A stretch of 64,000 nt of DNA, from assembly GCF_003018235.1 (NCBI RefSeq), contig NZ_CP027437.1. One strand, 5' to 3'. This document shows, in pieces, positions 13,440 through 23,325 of the stretch (positions are counted from its first letter, which is position 1; each line of letters opens with the position of its first letter). The notes under the pieces are model-generated. The model saw nothing but the letters and a program-made list of their open reading frames with translations. It did no database searches and was not told where the DNA came from. The position numbers and the translations under genes are program-made. The DNA is from Escherichia coli (GTDB lineage: Bacteria; Pseudomonadota; Gammaproteobacteria; Enterobacterales; Enterobacteriaceae).

Positions 13440-13460
13440 AAACGTTGGTTTGGGAGAAGG
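13440..13460. repeat. Left inverted repeat / recombination site of invertible tail-fibre segment (gix/pix-like)
   Basis: AAACGTTGGTTTGGGAGAAGG; reverse complement partner at 15279-15300 with 15-nt perfect core TTGGTTTGGGAGAAG. Confidence 0.75.
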
Positions 13461-13926
13461 CTCTGCATTACCTGTTGGTGTGCCTGTTCCATGGCCTTCA
13501 GCCACACCGCCAACAGGCTGGCTGAAATGCAACGGTGCGGCATTTTCTGCTGAAGAATACCCGGAACTGGCAAAGGCTTATCCAACAAATAAATTACCTG
13601 ATTTACGCGGTGAGTTTATTCGTGGCTGGGATGACGGGCGCGGTATTGATGCAGGACGTGTTTTATTGAGTATTCAGGCCGGAATGCTGGAAAAGCACCG
13701 TCATCCTGTTGTCGCCAACGATGAGTATGACTCAAAAGAGGAATGGGAACTAGCGACAATCTTCAGAAGAGCATATAAGCAAGGCAGGGGGCTTGATGCT
13801 GCCGCTGCCGGAGGGAGTCTGATCCCATCACCGACACTTCATTCACGAGGGAGTATCGGTAATACTGGCGGGAGTGAAACCCGTCCACGAAATATTGCAT
13901 TTAACTATATCGTGAGGGCTGCATAA
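13441..13926 (+). CDS. Alternative tail-fibre C-terminal (variable) segment, currently in the non-expressed orientation
   Basis: Contains the conserved side-tail-fibre C-terminal motif (PWPSATPPTGWLKCNGAAF…YPELAKAYP…LPDLRGEFIRGWDDGRGID); begins exactly at the inverted repeat; the ORF-track start at 13390 is read-through. Confidence 0.7.
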   Translation, partial: NVGLGEGSALPVGVPVPWPSATPPTGWLKCNGAAFSAEEYPELAKAYPTNKLPDLRGEFIRGWDDGRGIDAGRVLLSIQAGMLEKHRHPVVANDEYDSKEEWELATIFRRAYKQGRGLDAAAAGGSLIPSPTLHSRGSIGNTGGSETRPRNIAFNYIVRAA

Positions 13927-14528
13927 TGGATAACGCCGTATTAAATAGCGAGCTTATTACCACGAAGGCGGGGAATATTACCGTCTATAACTATGATGGT
14001 GAGACGCGGGAATATATTTCTGCATCAACTGAATATCTTGCAGTGGGTGTCGGTATTCCAGCATATTCCTGTTTAGACGCTCCTGGTACATCTAAGGCTG
14101 GTTATACAATTTGCCGTTCTGTGGATTTAAAATCATGGGAATATGTGTCAGACCATCGCGGTGAAATCGTCTATAACACCGAAACGGGAGATGCCAAAGA
14201 AATCACAGCACTAGGCGACTATCCCGAAAATACAACCACTATCGCCCCGTTAACGCCATACGATAAATGGGATGGTGAAAAATGGGTGACAGATACTGAG
14301 GCACAACACGGTGCCGCAGTAGAAGCGGCAGAAGCACAGCGCCAGTCACTGATTGATGCAGCAATGGCTTCCATCAGTCTGATTCAACTGAAATTGCAGG
14401 CCGGACGTAAACCGACGCAGGCAGAAACAACCAGACTTAACGCTGTGCTGGATTACATTGACGCGGTGACGGCAACAGATACCAGCACCGCGCCGGATGT
14501 CATCTGGCCTGAACTGCCGGAGGCGTAG
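13926..14528 (+). CDS. Tail fibre assembly protein (Tfa family), partner of the alternative fibre segment
   Basis: 200-aa ORF, start overlaps fibre stop; C-terminal Tfa-type motif (…DYIDAV…TSTAPDVIWPELP). Confidence 0.75.
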   Translation: MDNAVLNSELITTKAGNITVYNYDGETREYISASTEYLAVGVGIPAYSCLDAPGTSKAGYTICRSVDLKSWEYVSDHRGEIVYNTETGDAKEITALGDYPENTTTIAPLTPYDKWDGEKWVTDTEAQHGAAVEAAEAQRQSLIDAAMASISLIQLKLQAGRKPTQAETTRLNAVLDYIDAVTATDTSTAPDVIWPELPEA

Positions 14529-14943
14529 GCCATTCAATATCTGGCGCACTGGAGGTATCAACCAGCTCCAGTGCATCCAGATAATCCAGCCACAAATTAT
14601 ATTGCGCCAGTTCCTCACCTTTCAGACGACCAATAGCGGCTTTACCGGGCCATTGTTTACTGTTCATGTATTCGTTGGCCTGGTTAATCAATAATTGCCT
14701 CTCTGATTCGGCCTGTTCAATAAGTTCCTCATGTGATGGTGGAGGTATTTCAGCCCATGTGGGAAAACCATTTTCCCCTGCAACTCGGATTTTCCCTTGT
14801 GGCGGTTCCGCCATATATTTTACAGAAATATCATCAGGAATATCTAATGCATTAGCAGGCCATGTTCCATTTACTTCATAAGTGTTTTTTAAATTAACAG
14901 CATAAAAAGCATTTTCCGAAGGGGAATAAATATATTGATTCAT
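14500..14943 (-). CDS. Tail fibre assembly protein (Tfa family), partner of the expressed fibre
   Basis: 147-aa ORF with the same C-terminal Tfa motif (…DYLDALELVDTSSAPDIEWPTPP); convergent with the other tfa. Confidence 0.75.
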   Translation of the reverse strand: MNQYIYSPSENAFYAVNLKNTYEVNGTWPANALDIPDDISVKYMAEPPQGKIRVAGENGFPTWAEIPPPSHEELIEQAESERQLLINQANEYMNSKQWPGKAAIGRLKGEELAQYNLWLDYLDALELVDTSSAPDIEWPTPPAVQAR

Positions 14944-14944
14944 A

Positions 14945-15583
14945 TTATCTTCCTATTGCGATAATCATAGTTCCATACAAACCATTTCCGGTTGATACTT
15001 TTAAGGTTACTGATGTCCTTGTTGTCGTGTACCCCATAAGTTTAAAGGTCGGAGCAGCCGTTAATGTGCCATCTGACCATAAGGCACTAACAGCCAGTGC
15101 GCCTGAAGGAAATGCAATAGGGAAATTACCTGTAGTTCCGTTAGTGTCCGCCCCATAAACATTCATCGAAAACATTTGGACAATATGACCACTTGGTAAC
15201 TGAAACCAGTTTTTGCCAGATGGAAATGCAGACATATCTGGTATCTGATTTTCCCCTGTTCCCACATTCCGTTTTGCCGCTTCTCCCAAACCAAGGTTTT
15301 CGAGAGCCGTTTTCACCGTGCCGTCCGATTTGATATCGCCAAACGGATTTTTGCGGCTTAACAGCAGCGCACGAAGCGCGGTAAGCAGCTGGTCATGCCG
15401 CCCCTTCTCCAGGCTGGCACCGGATGCCTCCACCACGCTGCAGAGTTCTTCCTGCAACATGTCAAAGTAGTCATCATCCAGATCGGTGGCAGGTGTGCCG
15501 GTCTGGGGGTTACCACGGGTAAAACCGTTCTTACCCGCGCCGAACTTATCCTTCTGCGCGGTTTTCGTGTCTATACGATGCAT
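14945..15583 (-). CDS. Tail fibre protein: constant N-terminal region (to about residue 100) fused to the currently expressed variable C-terminal segment
   Basis: 212-aa ORF directly downstream of baseplate genes; the right inverted repeat lies inside it at codons encoding [13 protein letters not shown]. Confidence 0.75.
   Translation of the reverse strand: MHRIDTKTAQKDKFGAGKNGFTRGNPQTGTPATDLDDDYFDMLQEELCSVVEASGASLEKGRHDQLLTALRALLLSRKNPFGDIKSDGTVKTALENLGLGEAAKRNVGTGENQIPDMSAFPSGKNWFQLPSGHIVQMFSMNVYGADTNGTTGNFPIAFPSGALAVSALWSDGTLTAAPTFKLMGYTTTRTSVTLKVSTGNGLYGTMIIAIGR
15279..15300. repeat. Right inverted repeat / recombination site of invertible tail-fibre segment
   Basis: Reverse complement AAAACCTTGGTTTGGGAGAAGC pairs with 13440-13460. 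Confidence 0.75.
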
Positions 15584-15586
15584 GGA

Positions 15587-16171
15587 TTACTCCGGATATT
15601 TAAAAATTACGTAGGTATGCGAAGGGCAGAGTTTGTTAAGCACACACTCGACAACGGTGTCGCCCCAGATACGCAGTGCGGAATCACAGGGATCACCACA
15701 TGTCATCCAGGTGGTGTTGGTGGCAGCTGGCATGTTGACCTGCCAGTAATACCGCCATTCCGGCGCATTCACCGCGTCAGTACAGGCCGATGAGCAGGTG
15801 AAGGTGCTTTTGTCGTATCGCGTGATGGTGGCATCTGGTCTGCCCAGGGCAGCAAGCTGTGCAAGATAAAAATCCTCGTTGATGCCGCCCGCCAGGTTAA
15901 CCTTCGCATCCAGCCGTTGCTGACGCTGGCGAAGGGTCTGTGTCCCTGCGGGAATACATTCATCCGGCAGGCCGCACAGACGCTCCCAGCGGTTTATCAG
16001 TTCGGTGGTGGTGCGCGGATCCAGCTCCCGCATCAGGGCATCCGCACGCTGATGAACACGGGTTAATGACGGTGCTGCACCGGCAATCGCCGGATCGCTG
16101 GCTGACCACGCCGGACCGGGCGGCAACAGTGCTGACAACAGACGGATGTAATCATCGTTTGTCACGTCCAT
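15587..16171 (-). CDS. Mu gp48-like tail/baseplate protein (YmfQ-like)
   Basis: 194-aa ORF between baseplate J and tail fibre; order matches the Mu/e14 baseplate cluster. Confidence 0.65.
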   Translation of the reverse strand: MDVTNDDYIRLLSALLPPGPAWSASDPAIAGAAPSLTRVHQRADALMRELDPRTTTELINRWERLCGLPDECIPAGTQTLRQRQQRLDAKVNLAGGINEDFYLAQLAALGRPDATITRYDKSTFTCSSACTDAVNAPEWRYYWQVNMPAATNTTWMTCGDPCDSALRIWGDTVVECVLNKLCPSHTYVIFKYPE

Positions 16172-17220
16172 GAAATCGTCCCCAGAACCGCCAGTTCGTT
16201 TTTCGCAATGGAGATATTGTCTGCCGGTGCAAGCAACTGATGGCTGTATTCCCCGTTCGCACCGGAAATCGCTTCACTGATACGCGACACCTTCAGCTCT
16301 CCCTGCGGATAACCATCACGCAGCAGGAACGAACGCAACTCCGCGGTAATGGCAGCCCGTATTTCTGGTGTGTCCGGCGTCACGCGGATATGAAAATCCA
16401 CTTTATGCGCCACCGGCCTGAATACATACAAATCAGAGCCTGCCACCGGGGCCAGTGGCTCAATGTGTTGTCTTGCAGCCGTTTCCGTTGATTCTTCCGG
16501 AATGGGATTAATCAGGTCACTGCTGGCAATCATCACACCGACAGTCCCCGTTCCCATCCAGTGGCGGTATGTCCATGCACGGGTAATGCCTGGCACTTCT
16601 TTAGCCCAGACGACATAGTCCCCGTCAGCCCCGCCCTGAGGCGTCCAGTAATACCGCTCAATGACGCGGGCGCGCCACGTTTCCAGCTCTTCAGTATCAA
16701 ATCCGCCTGTAAGGGTGTCAGCCACACCGGAAGACGGCAGACCATTCACCGGTGTGACCAGGATTAATGCCGTACCGTCGTCAGCGTTACCGACCGCACC
16801 TGCACTTGAGCAGGCGATCGGCACGCGCAGGACTCCACCTGAGCTGGTTGCATCAGAAGTTGCCGTGTACTGCACCAGGTCATCGCGCTGAATAACACTC
16901 CCGGCGGTCACCTTCAGGCCATCGCTGACACCTTCCCAGCGCATATACCCGCTGGCAGACGTGGCCCCCTTGCGCGGACACCGTTTCATCGCAGCATGTC
17001 GCGCCAGCCAGGACTCATCGCACAGGTCAGGCAGCATGTTCATTGCCAGATAATCGATGTAACCGTAAACCGTATGCAGCGCCGCCGCATACACCTTTGC
17101 CCGCACGTCTTCATCCATGCGCCGGAGCGTGTCGCTGACGTCCAGCCTGGCGAATAAATCGTTACGGAGCATACTGATATTTTCTGCCAGCGTCGGGCGC
17201 TGAAATTCACTGTCCGCCAT
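16162..17220 (-). CDS. Baseplate J-like protein (Mu gp47 family)
   Basis: 352-aa ORF in conserved position; overlapping starts and stops with neighbours. Confidence 0.7.
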   Translation of the reverse strand: MADSEFQRPTLAENISMLRNDLFARLDVSDTLRRMDEDVRAKVYAAALHTVYGYIDYLAMNMLPDLCDESWLARHAAMKRCPRKGATSASGYMRWEGVSDGLKVTAGSVIQRDDLVQYTATSDATSSGGVLRVPIACSSAGAVGNADDGTALILVTPVNGLPSSGVADTLTGGFDTEELETWRARVIERYYWTPQGGADGDYVVWAKEVPGITRAWTYRHWMGTGTVGVMIASSDLINPIPEESTETAARQHIEPLAPVAGSDLYVFRPVAHKVDFHIRVTPDTPEIRAAITAELRSFLLRDGYPQGELKVSRISEAISGANGEYSHQLLAPADNISIAKNELAVLGTISWT

Positions 17221-17635
17221 GCGTTATCGCACTCCACAGATCATCAAAAGAAATCATTACCGGTCCGTCACGACGCCAGAGAGTGATACTGTTACCCAGT
17301 TCATTAATCCCGGTGCGGCGGATATCCAGATCAATACGGGACACCACGCCGTCATCAATCATCCATTGCAGGCATTCGCGGATATACCCCCTTACCGTCT
17401 GCACCAGTTGATTGGTCAGTTTGCTGCGCTGAAGCAGCCACAGTCGGGAGCCGTAACGGTCATTCTGTACCGCAGGCCAGGTATCCCCCCACCATCCCAT
17501 CGGGACGTCGGCATTGTCATCAGGTTCCGCCCGCCGCCAGGTAAACAGGGAAATCACCACGGCGCGGGTCAGCGGATCCAGCGGTGCGCTGGCGCAGGTG
17601 CGTTTACCGTTCACCGTCAGCCACACTTCCATCAT
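17207..17635 (-). CDS. Baseplate assembly protein (Mu gp46 family)
   Basis: 142-aa ORF, conserved position in Mu-like tail cluster. Confidence 0.6.
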   Translation of the reverse strand: MMEVWLTVNGKRTCASAPLDPLTRAVVISLFTWRRAEPDDNADVPMGWWGDTWPAVQNDRYGSRLWLLQRSKLTNQLVQTVRGYIRECLQWMIDDGVVSRIDLDIRRTGINELGNSITLWRRDGPVMISFDDLWSAITHGGQ

Positions 17636-18183
17636 GCCTCCATCGCTTTATCAGGTTTGTCGGTGTTACTGCCCTGACCGTTCTCTCTGTGACGATGCCC
17701 GTTATAGGCAAGCCGCATCGCTGACATGGTGGTGCCGCCGGAGTCGCACAGGTCTTTCACCTGTCCGGTCACTTCCAGGTCCATTTCAAAACGTGCCTTA
17801 GGCGCATTGTGAAACGTGATCGTTTTACCTGCACCGTCCACCACGATCCCCTCCCGGGTCAGCGTCACGGACTGCCCCTGATCGTCATAGACAGCCACCT
17901 CACCCGTCTGCAGCCCTTTCAGGCGGTAGCGACGGTCCGACACCGTAACAACCACCGCATGAGAACGGTCGCCATCCGGAAACAACACCACCGCTTCCGC
18001 ACCGCTGTTTGCCCTTGCGGTAAAACCGTAGGGTTCAAGATGTTCAACCCCGGCTTTGGGTTCACCGGCAATCAGGGACACATCCACGGTCTGACATTTC
18101 GTGGCGGCACTGATGCTTTTCACCACTGCCCGCCCAATCAGGCCGAGGAGTTGTCGCTGCATGGCTTCAATCGTCCTCATCAA
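17632..18183 (-). CDS. Baseplate spike/assembly protein (Mu gp45 / gpV-like)
   Basis: 183-aa ORF, conserved position; OB-fold-like N-terminus typical of spike proteins. Confidence 0.6.
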   Translation of the reverse strand: MMRTIEAMQRQLLGLIGRAVVKSISAATKCQTVDVSLIAGEPKAGVEHLEPYGFTARANSGAEAVVLFPDGDRSHAVVVTVSDRRYRLKGLQTGEVAVYDDQGQSVTLTREGIVVDGAGKTITFHNAPKARFEMDLEVTGQVKDLCDSGGTTMSAMRLAYNGHRHRENGQGSNTDKPDKAMEA

Positions 18184-19259
18184 AACGGGTCCTCCTGTAC
18201 TCTGGCTTTTTTCTTTTTCCGCGCGCCGGGGGCTTCGGGTTCAGGCAGATAAGCATCAGGTGGGCCGACACGGATTTCCGTCAGGGTGCCATTCTGGTCC
18301 TGAGTAAACGTGACTTCCGAGACAAGCAGTTCGGTATTGTCGAAACCACAGACCGGATCGAAGACAATCACCCGCTGGTTGGGCTGCCACAGCGTACCGT
18401 TACCCTGTCGCCAGCCCTGCACCACATAGGTGGTTTCATCCGTCCGCGCCGCCCGTTGTCGGGCTTCAAAGTCAGCACGCGCAATACAGCCTGCCCCCGT
18501 GGCCTGCCCTGTCTGCCTGATATACATCGGACGGTAACGGGCAATAAATGCGTCCTCTGTGCGGGCCCGCAGCGCGGTGGTGGTGGCCTCACCGAAATCA
18601 TCGTCGTTTCCGGCACGCTGCCCCGCCACCTGGTAAACTGAAAACCGCTCCCGGATACTCTTCTCCGTATCACAGGAAAGGATGTTTTCCCCAAGTACCA
18701 GCGCGGTATGTGCCCGCGTTGAGCCAATACCGCCAATCACCAGCCTGCCGTGCGGGTCGTCATAAGCCAGCGCCTGCTGCTGACCGAGTATTTTGTTGAT
18801 TACCTCAATCACCGTTTCACCGTGATCAGGCTGGACATCAGGAATAACACCCGACGGCGCACCGCTGTTCACCACCTCAATGCCGAAAGGCGCAGCAAGC
18901 GCCTGCGCAATCTGTACCAGCGATCGTCCGTTAAACTGTGTCGGTTCGGCTGCACAGTCAATCAGGTCAGCGGTCAGACTACGCCCAGCAATACCGGTGC
19001 TGACCGAACGGGCATCGTAACGAACGGGAGTCGCCTCCACCCAGCCGGTGATCACCAGCTCATCACCAATCAGCACCTCCACTTTTGAACCGTTTTTAAT
19101 GCGCGGCTGAAGCGTGGTGATACCCTCATCTCCCGGCCACTGGCGGGTGATCTCCACACTGAAATCCCGCGCCAGTCGTTCAACACCGGCACCGATGCGC
19201 ACCGATGTCCAGCCATTCCACTCCCGGCCATTTACCCGTAGCGTGACGTTATCGTTCAT
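18180..19259 (-). CDS. Tail/baseplate hub protein (Mu gp44 / P2 gpD-like)
   Basis: 359-aa ORF following the DNA circulation gene as in Mu. Confidence 0.6.
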   Translation of the reverse strand: MNDNVTLRVNGREWNGWTSVRIGAGVERLARDFSVEITRQWPGDEGITTLQPRIKNGSKVEVLIGDELVITGWVEATPVRYDARSVSTGIAGRSLTADLIDCAAEPTQFNGRSLVQIAQALAAPFGIEVVNSGAPSGVIPDVQPDHGETVIEVINKILGQQQALAYDDPHGRLVIGGIGSTRAHTALVLGENILSCDTEKSIRERFSVYQVAGQRAGNDDDFGEATTTALRARTEDAFIARYRPMYIRQTGQATGAGCIARADFEARQRAARTDETTYVVQGWRQGNGTLWQPNQRVIVFDPVCGFDNTELLVSEVTFTQDQNGTLTEIRVGPPDAYLPEPEAPGARKKKKARVQEDPF

Positions 19260-20632
19260 TGCACTGGCACCTTCAGAGGGATCACCGGCACAAAGCCGGG
19301 ATGCGTAATGGCATTACGCCGGATAATGTCCGCGTCACGCGCCGCGTTATCAAACCAGGTCGCCGCCAGCACCAGCGCGGGTAAAACCTCATCCGGCGTG
19401 CGCTGAATGATCCGTGCAGACTGTTCAAGGCGCGTGTTGATATCCGCATTCAGATCTGCTTTCACCCGGCGCAGCGCCAGAAACAGCGCATCACTGGTTG
19501 TACGGGACAACTCCTTATCAATTGCCGTATTCAGTGTGTCGCGAATGTCAGTCAGTTCTTCCCACGTTGGCAGGTCAACCGTGTTTTTCACCGCCGGTGC
19601 ATTGTTCAGTGCCGGATGCGTGACGGAAGGCCAGCCGGAGCTCTGCGCGGGTGTTGTTGACTGCCCCACTGCGGCATTCTGCATCACCGCAGAAGTTGTT
19701 GGCGCAGGCAATCGGGTGACGGCATACGCCGCTTCGCTGATTGCGGTCGTACGAAGGATGCTGGCAACCACGTTACGCTGCTGCGTCGCCGTGGCGGTGG
19801 TTTTACTGTCCGTTTTCCAGACGCCGCGCGGTTGCAGATCGCTGCCGAGGCTGACACCGGAAAGCGTTTTGATCATGGTGACCAGGTCGCTGGCGTTACC
19901 ATAAAGGCGTTTCCCGGTACGCCACATTTTCTGCACCTGCTCAACGAAATTTTTTCCTGACGATGGCGGCGGCAGAAGTACCGAGATATCCCCCTGCAAC
20001 AGCCTGGCAGCATCCGATACGGCAGAATCCACCACTTTCATCGCATCAGAAATATACCCAAGCATTGTGCCGGCATTACCGACGACGTCGTTCTGCACAA
20101 AATCTGCCACGCCATCGATACTGAAACCACTGAAACTGTCACTGATGCAGTCATCCAGTGCAGAACAGGATGACATCAGCGTCTGCGCCGTCGCCGCACC
20201 TGATGTGGGGTAAGAGAGTTCTCCCGCTTCGACAAACTTCAGGTCAAAGCGGACAATACGCCCTTCACTCTTCGATGTGCTGACCCGAACTTCTCCGTCA
20301 ACACAGACTTTCAGCTCACCGTATGTCGGATGGACAAGCGTGCCGGGACCGGGTTTATTCAGCGCGTCAATCAGGCGATCGCGCTGGTCAAAGCAGTCAT
20401 CTCCCACCACATAAGCCGTGATGGACGGGCGAAAAGTGATTTTCCCCAGGTCTTCGGTATAGGGTTTGTCGCGGTTCGGGTATTCATGTGTTTCCACACG
20501 GCGACCGGTTCCCGCACTTTCTTCTTCAACCTTAAACGGCACGCCGCGAAATGACGCGTCCTGAAGTCTGTCACGCCAGCCTGAAGACGACGAAAGTAAT
20601 GAAGGTCGGGTGGGAAATGAGGATAAATCCAT
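19256..20632 (-). CDS. Mu N-like DNA circulation protein
   Basis: 458-aa ORF immediately downstream of tape measure; N-terminal region resembles the Mu gp43 family. Confidence 0.6.
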   Translation of the reverse strand: MDLSSFPTRPSLLSSSSGWRDRLQDASFRGVPFKVEEESAGTGRRVETHEYPNRDKPYTEDLGKITFRPSITAYVVGDDCFDQRDRLIDALNKPGPGTLVHPTYGELKVCVDGEVRVSTSKSEGRIVRFDLKFVEAGELSYPTSGAATAQTLMSSCSALDDCISDSFSGFSIDGVADFVQNDVVGNAGTMLGYISDAMKVVDSAVSDAARLLQGDISVLLPPPSSGKNFVEQVQKMWRTGKRLYGNASDLVTMIKTLSGVSLGSDLQPRGVWKTDSKTTATATQQRNVVASILRTTAISEAAYAVTRLPAPTTSAVMQNAAVGQSTTPAQSSGWPSVTHPALNNAPAVKNTVDLPTWEELTDIRDTLNTAIDKELSRTTSDALFLALRRVKADLNADINTRLEQSARIIQRTPDEVLPALVLAATWFDNAARDADIIRRNAITHPGFVPVIPLKVPVQ

Positions 20633-20656
20633 AGACTGACCTCAAAAAGGACTGCG

Positions 20657-22564
20657 TTATCGTGGAAAACGAAAAGGGGAATACCCCACATCGTGCGTGA
20701 TTTTCATCAGGGGATCGGCTTTGCCCGGTACATCAATTATCTTCATACCTGGCGGAGCATTCTCGAACGTAACTTTCAGCTCGCTGTGCTGTGTCATGGA
20801 AGAAGATGGATTCAACAGCGGAACATTGGGTTTGTACTGACTCAGGCTGGCCTGATACTGCTCGTACTCTTTACGATCAAAAAAAGGCGTCCAGTCTGAA
20901 GCCAGAAACAGCCCTTTATTATCCAGCCAGTTAACCGTATCTTCAGGAACAACACTTTCCAGAGTATCTTTAACCGGCTCATACATCAGGGTTCCCAGAA
21001 AACCATATACCCCGGCCTTCCCGATAAAGCCGCGGCCTTTCCCCATCAATCCCGTTTCTGCCGATACCTTCCCCAGCGTACGCATCTCTCTGGTCACTGC
21101 GGTAATGGATTTGGTAACGTCAGCAACCCATTTGGTTGCCATAAACAGGGCAATCGCTTTCAGAACAGTTTCCCATCCCCCCATCGCCTGCGCCGTTTCA
21201 TCCACCACGTGCCAGACTTTTTTTATGACAGGACCTACGGTTTCCCAGTTATCAATAATGAGGTAAGCGCCACCAACCAGAAGAGCAATCAGCCCCTTAG
21301 CAGGCGTCATATTCATCACACCGCCGAGAACTTTCATAATTCTGGACAAAGAGCCTGCAGCGGCTCCCACCGTCAGTAAGGCCAGACCGATTTTAGCAAT
21401 GGTCTTAACGAGCTCCGGGGTTTCACGGACAAACGTTCTCACTTCCTCAAGGAGCGGTTTTACCGCTTCAAGACCATCATTAACCTCAGGAAGAAACGTT
21501 CCCCCCAGCGTGGAAGAAATGGCATCAAGTTGATTTTGCAGAAGTAAAAGCTGGTTTTCCGTCGTCGCTGCCCTCGAAGCATATTCCTTCTGCATCGAAC
21601 TGCCATACTGCTGGGAATCCGCAACCCGTCTGAAGTTGGTACGCAACAAATCAAGGTTAGTCAGCAGAGGTGCTATCGCGCCCAGAGACTCTTTCCCGAA
21701 CAGGGCATTCAGCACAGCTGCCTGTTTTTCTTTGGGCACTTTAGCCATCGCATCCAGTACAGACAGCATGGTTCCCCGGGCATCTTTCTGCATATCAGCA
21801 GCTAATTTCTTCGGATTGATCCGCAGAAAACGTAATGCCTGTTTCTGCGATTTTGTCGCGGAATTTCCCGCGGTCAGGGAAAGCATGAAGTTCTTGATCC
21901 CTGTGGCGGCAATTTCTGACTCCACGCCCATCCCGGCAATGGTTGCCCCCATTGCCGCGATTTCGCCGGAAGCCACACCTGCAACACCACCTAAAGGACC
22001 AATACGCGTAACAATATCGGAGATTCTCTTCGCATTCGCCGGGCCGGTATTACCAAGGTAGTTGATTTTGTCAGCCAGCCCGGCCACTTCATCCTGCGTC
22101 ATATTAAACGCAGTACGCCACTGGGCCATCATCTGCCCGGACTCTTCAGCCGTGGTATCAAAGGCCACGCCCATCTTCACCGCATCAGTGGCAAACTGCA
22201 TCAGTTCATCACGTGCAATCCCGGCCTGACCGCCAGCCGCCACAATTTCCGCGATCCCGTCTGCAGACATGGGAAGCTCAGTAGACAAAGCGCGTACCTG
22301 CTCCGTCATGGCCTTAAACGCATCCGGCGTATCCAGACCGTCTACCACTTTGCGGACATCAGCCATCTTCGATTCAAGGGTGATGGCTGATTTTACAGGG
22401 AGTGCCAGTGCCCCCATTATTGCAGTACCCGCCCCGGCAGCGCCCAGAGCAAGGCTGGAGACTTCTTTCTGAAACCCCTTAAGCTGACGCTGCATACCTT
22501 TAAGCGGGCCGGACAGCCTGTCAACGGCGGTGATGATGGCTTTCAGCTGAAAATTATCAGCCAT
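20657..22564 (-). CDS. Tail tape measure protein
   Basis: 635-aa Ala/Gly-rich largely helical protein with hydrophobic segments, located between tail assembly chaperone and baseplate genes. Confidence 0.8.
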   Translation of the reverse strand: MADNFQLKAIITAVDRLSGPLKGMQRQLKGFQKEVSSLALGAAGAGTAIMGALALPVKSAITLESKMADVRKVVDGLDTPDAFKAMTEQVRALSTELPMSADGIAEIVAAGGQAGIARDELMQFATDAVKMGVAFDTTAEESGQMMAQWRTAFNMTQDEVAGLADKINYLGNTGPANAKRISDIVTRIGPLGGVAGVASGEIAAMGATIAGMGVESEIAATGIKNFMLSLTAGNSATKSQKQALRFLRINPKKLAADMQKDARGTMLSVLDAMAKVPKEKQAAVLNALFGKESLGAIAPLLTNLDLLRTNFRRVADSQQYGSSMQKEYASRAATTENQLLLLQNQLDAISSTLGGTFLPEVNDGLEAVKPLLEEVRTFVRETPELVKTIAKIGLALLTVGAAAGSLSRIMKVLGGVMNMTPAKGLIALLVGGAYLIIDNWETVGPVIKKVWHVVDETAQAMGGWETVLKAIALFMATKWVADVTKSITAVTREMRTLGKVSAETGLMGKGRGFIGKAGVYGFLGTLMYEPVKDTLESVVPEDTVNWLDNKGLFLASDWTPFFDRKEYEQYQASLSQYKPNVPLLNPSSSMTQHSELKVTFENAPPGMKIIDVPGKADPLMKITHDVGYSPFRFPR

Positions 22565-22648
22565 GCTTCATCTCCTCATTTATACGGACGGCCTCTGCCT
22601 CCAGATCAGCAAAGTGGGAAATAGCCGTCCGGCGAAGTTCAAGGGGGT

Positions 22649-22972
22649 TTAATTTCCAGAACCACGCGACATTGTAGAATCGCTTCCGGAGGTCTCTTCC
22701 GTCTCCAAGCCGGTAAAAAAACGCATTACAATCATGCCTGCCTTGAAAATATCCAGCTTCGTCATCTGCGCTGCAGACGAGCGCGGGATCCCGGCCAGAA
22801 GCGGGATATATTTCAGCGCTACCTGACTGTCCATTTTCATACCACCATCAGGTGAAACAGAGAAAGGGAACCCCAGCGCCTCAATCTCGTCATACGTAGG
22901 CTCACGTATTTCCAGCACATGCAGTGTTTCTTTGTGGGCGATGATCGGTTTTTTAAGTACAAGCTCAATCAC
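22649..22972 (-). CDS. Tail assembly chaperone (Mu gp41-like)
   Basis: 107-aa ORF between tail tube and tape measure. Confidence 0.55.
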   Translation of the reverse strand: MIELVLKKPIIAHKETLHVLEIREPTYDEIEALGFPFSVSPDGGMKMDSQVALKYIPLLAGIPRSSAAQMTKLDIFKAGMIVMRFFTGLETEETSGSDSTMSRGSGN

Positions 22973-23325
22973 TGGTAATCCCCTTCTTCACCGTGGAACT
23001 CAAGATCAACCGTGCCTTCTTCGGCATTATGGTTCGCTTCGCCGTGCAGCCAGGCAGACGACAGTACATAGACCTGACCGTTCGCCAGCTCGGCAGTGAT
23101 GGTCATCTCATCAGACGAGGTGATTTTGCTCACCGGAAAATTCTTCGGCACCTTGAAGGTCCCTTTGACATAGGGCGCACGGTGAGTTTCCTTGCGGTCC
23201 ACTGAACCGTCCAGGCCGATGATGTCATCATTGACCGTCCTGTTCATGGGCACCTCAATGCCGCCGGTCAGCGATAGCTGCTGACCGTCAATTTTGAAAT
23301 AACAGGTTCCCCCGATACGGGCCAT
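22969..23325 (-). CDS. Contractile tail tube protein
   Basis: 118-aa ORF directly downstream of sheath gene. Confidence 0.7.
   Translation of the reverse strand: MARIGGTCYFKIDGQQLSLTGGIEVPMNRTVNDDIIGLDGSVDRKETHRAPYVKGTFKVPKNFPVSKITSSDEMTITAELANGQVYVLSSAWLHGEANHNAEEGTVDLEFHGEEGDYQ

Noticed and set aside
13390-13440. N-terminal 17 codons of the 178-aa ORF called at 13390 (TTG start)
   Set aside because: The stretch overlaps the truncated invertase start and precedes the inversion crossover site; the real coding segment begins at the inverted repeat and is only expressed after inversion
16240-19308. Numerous plus-strand ORFs (about 60-150 aa) across the tail gene block
   Set aside because: All are antisense to long, tightly packed minus-strand structural genes with overlapping start/stop codons; translations are Arg/Pro/His-rich and low-complexity
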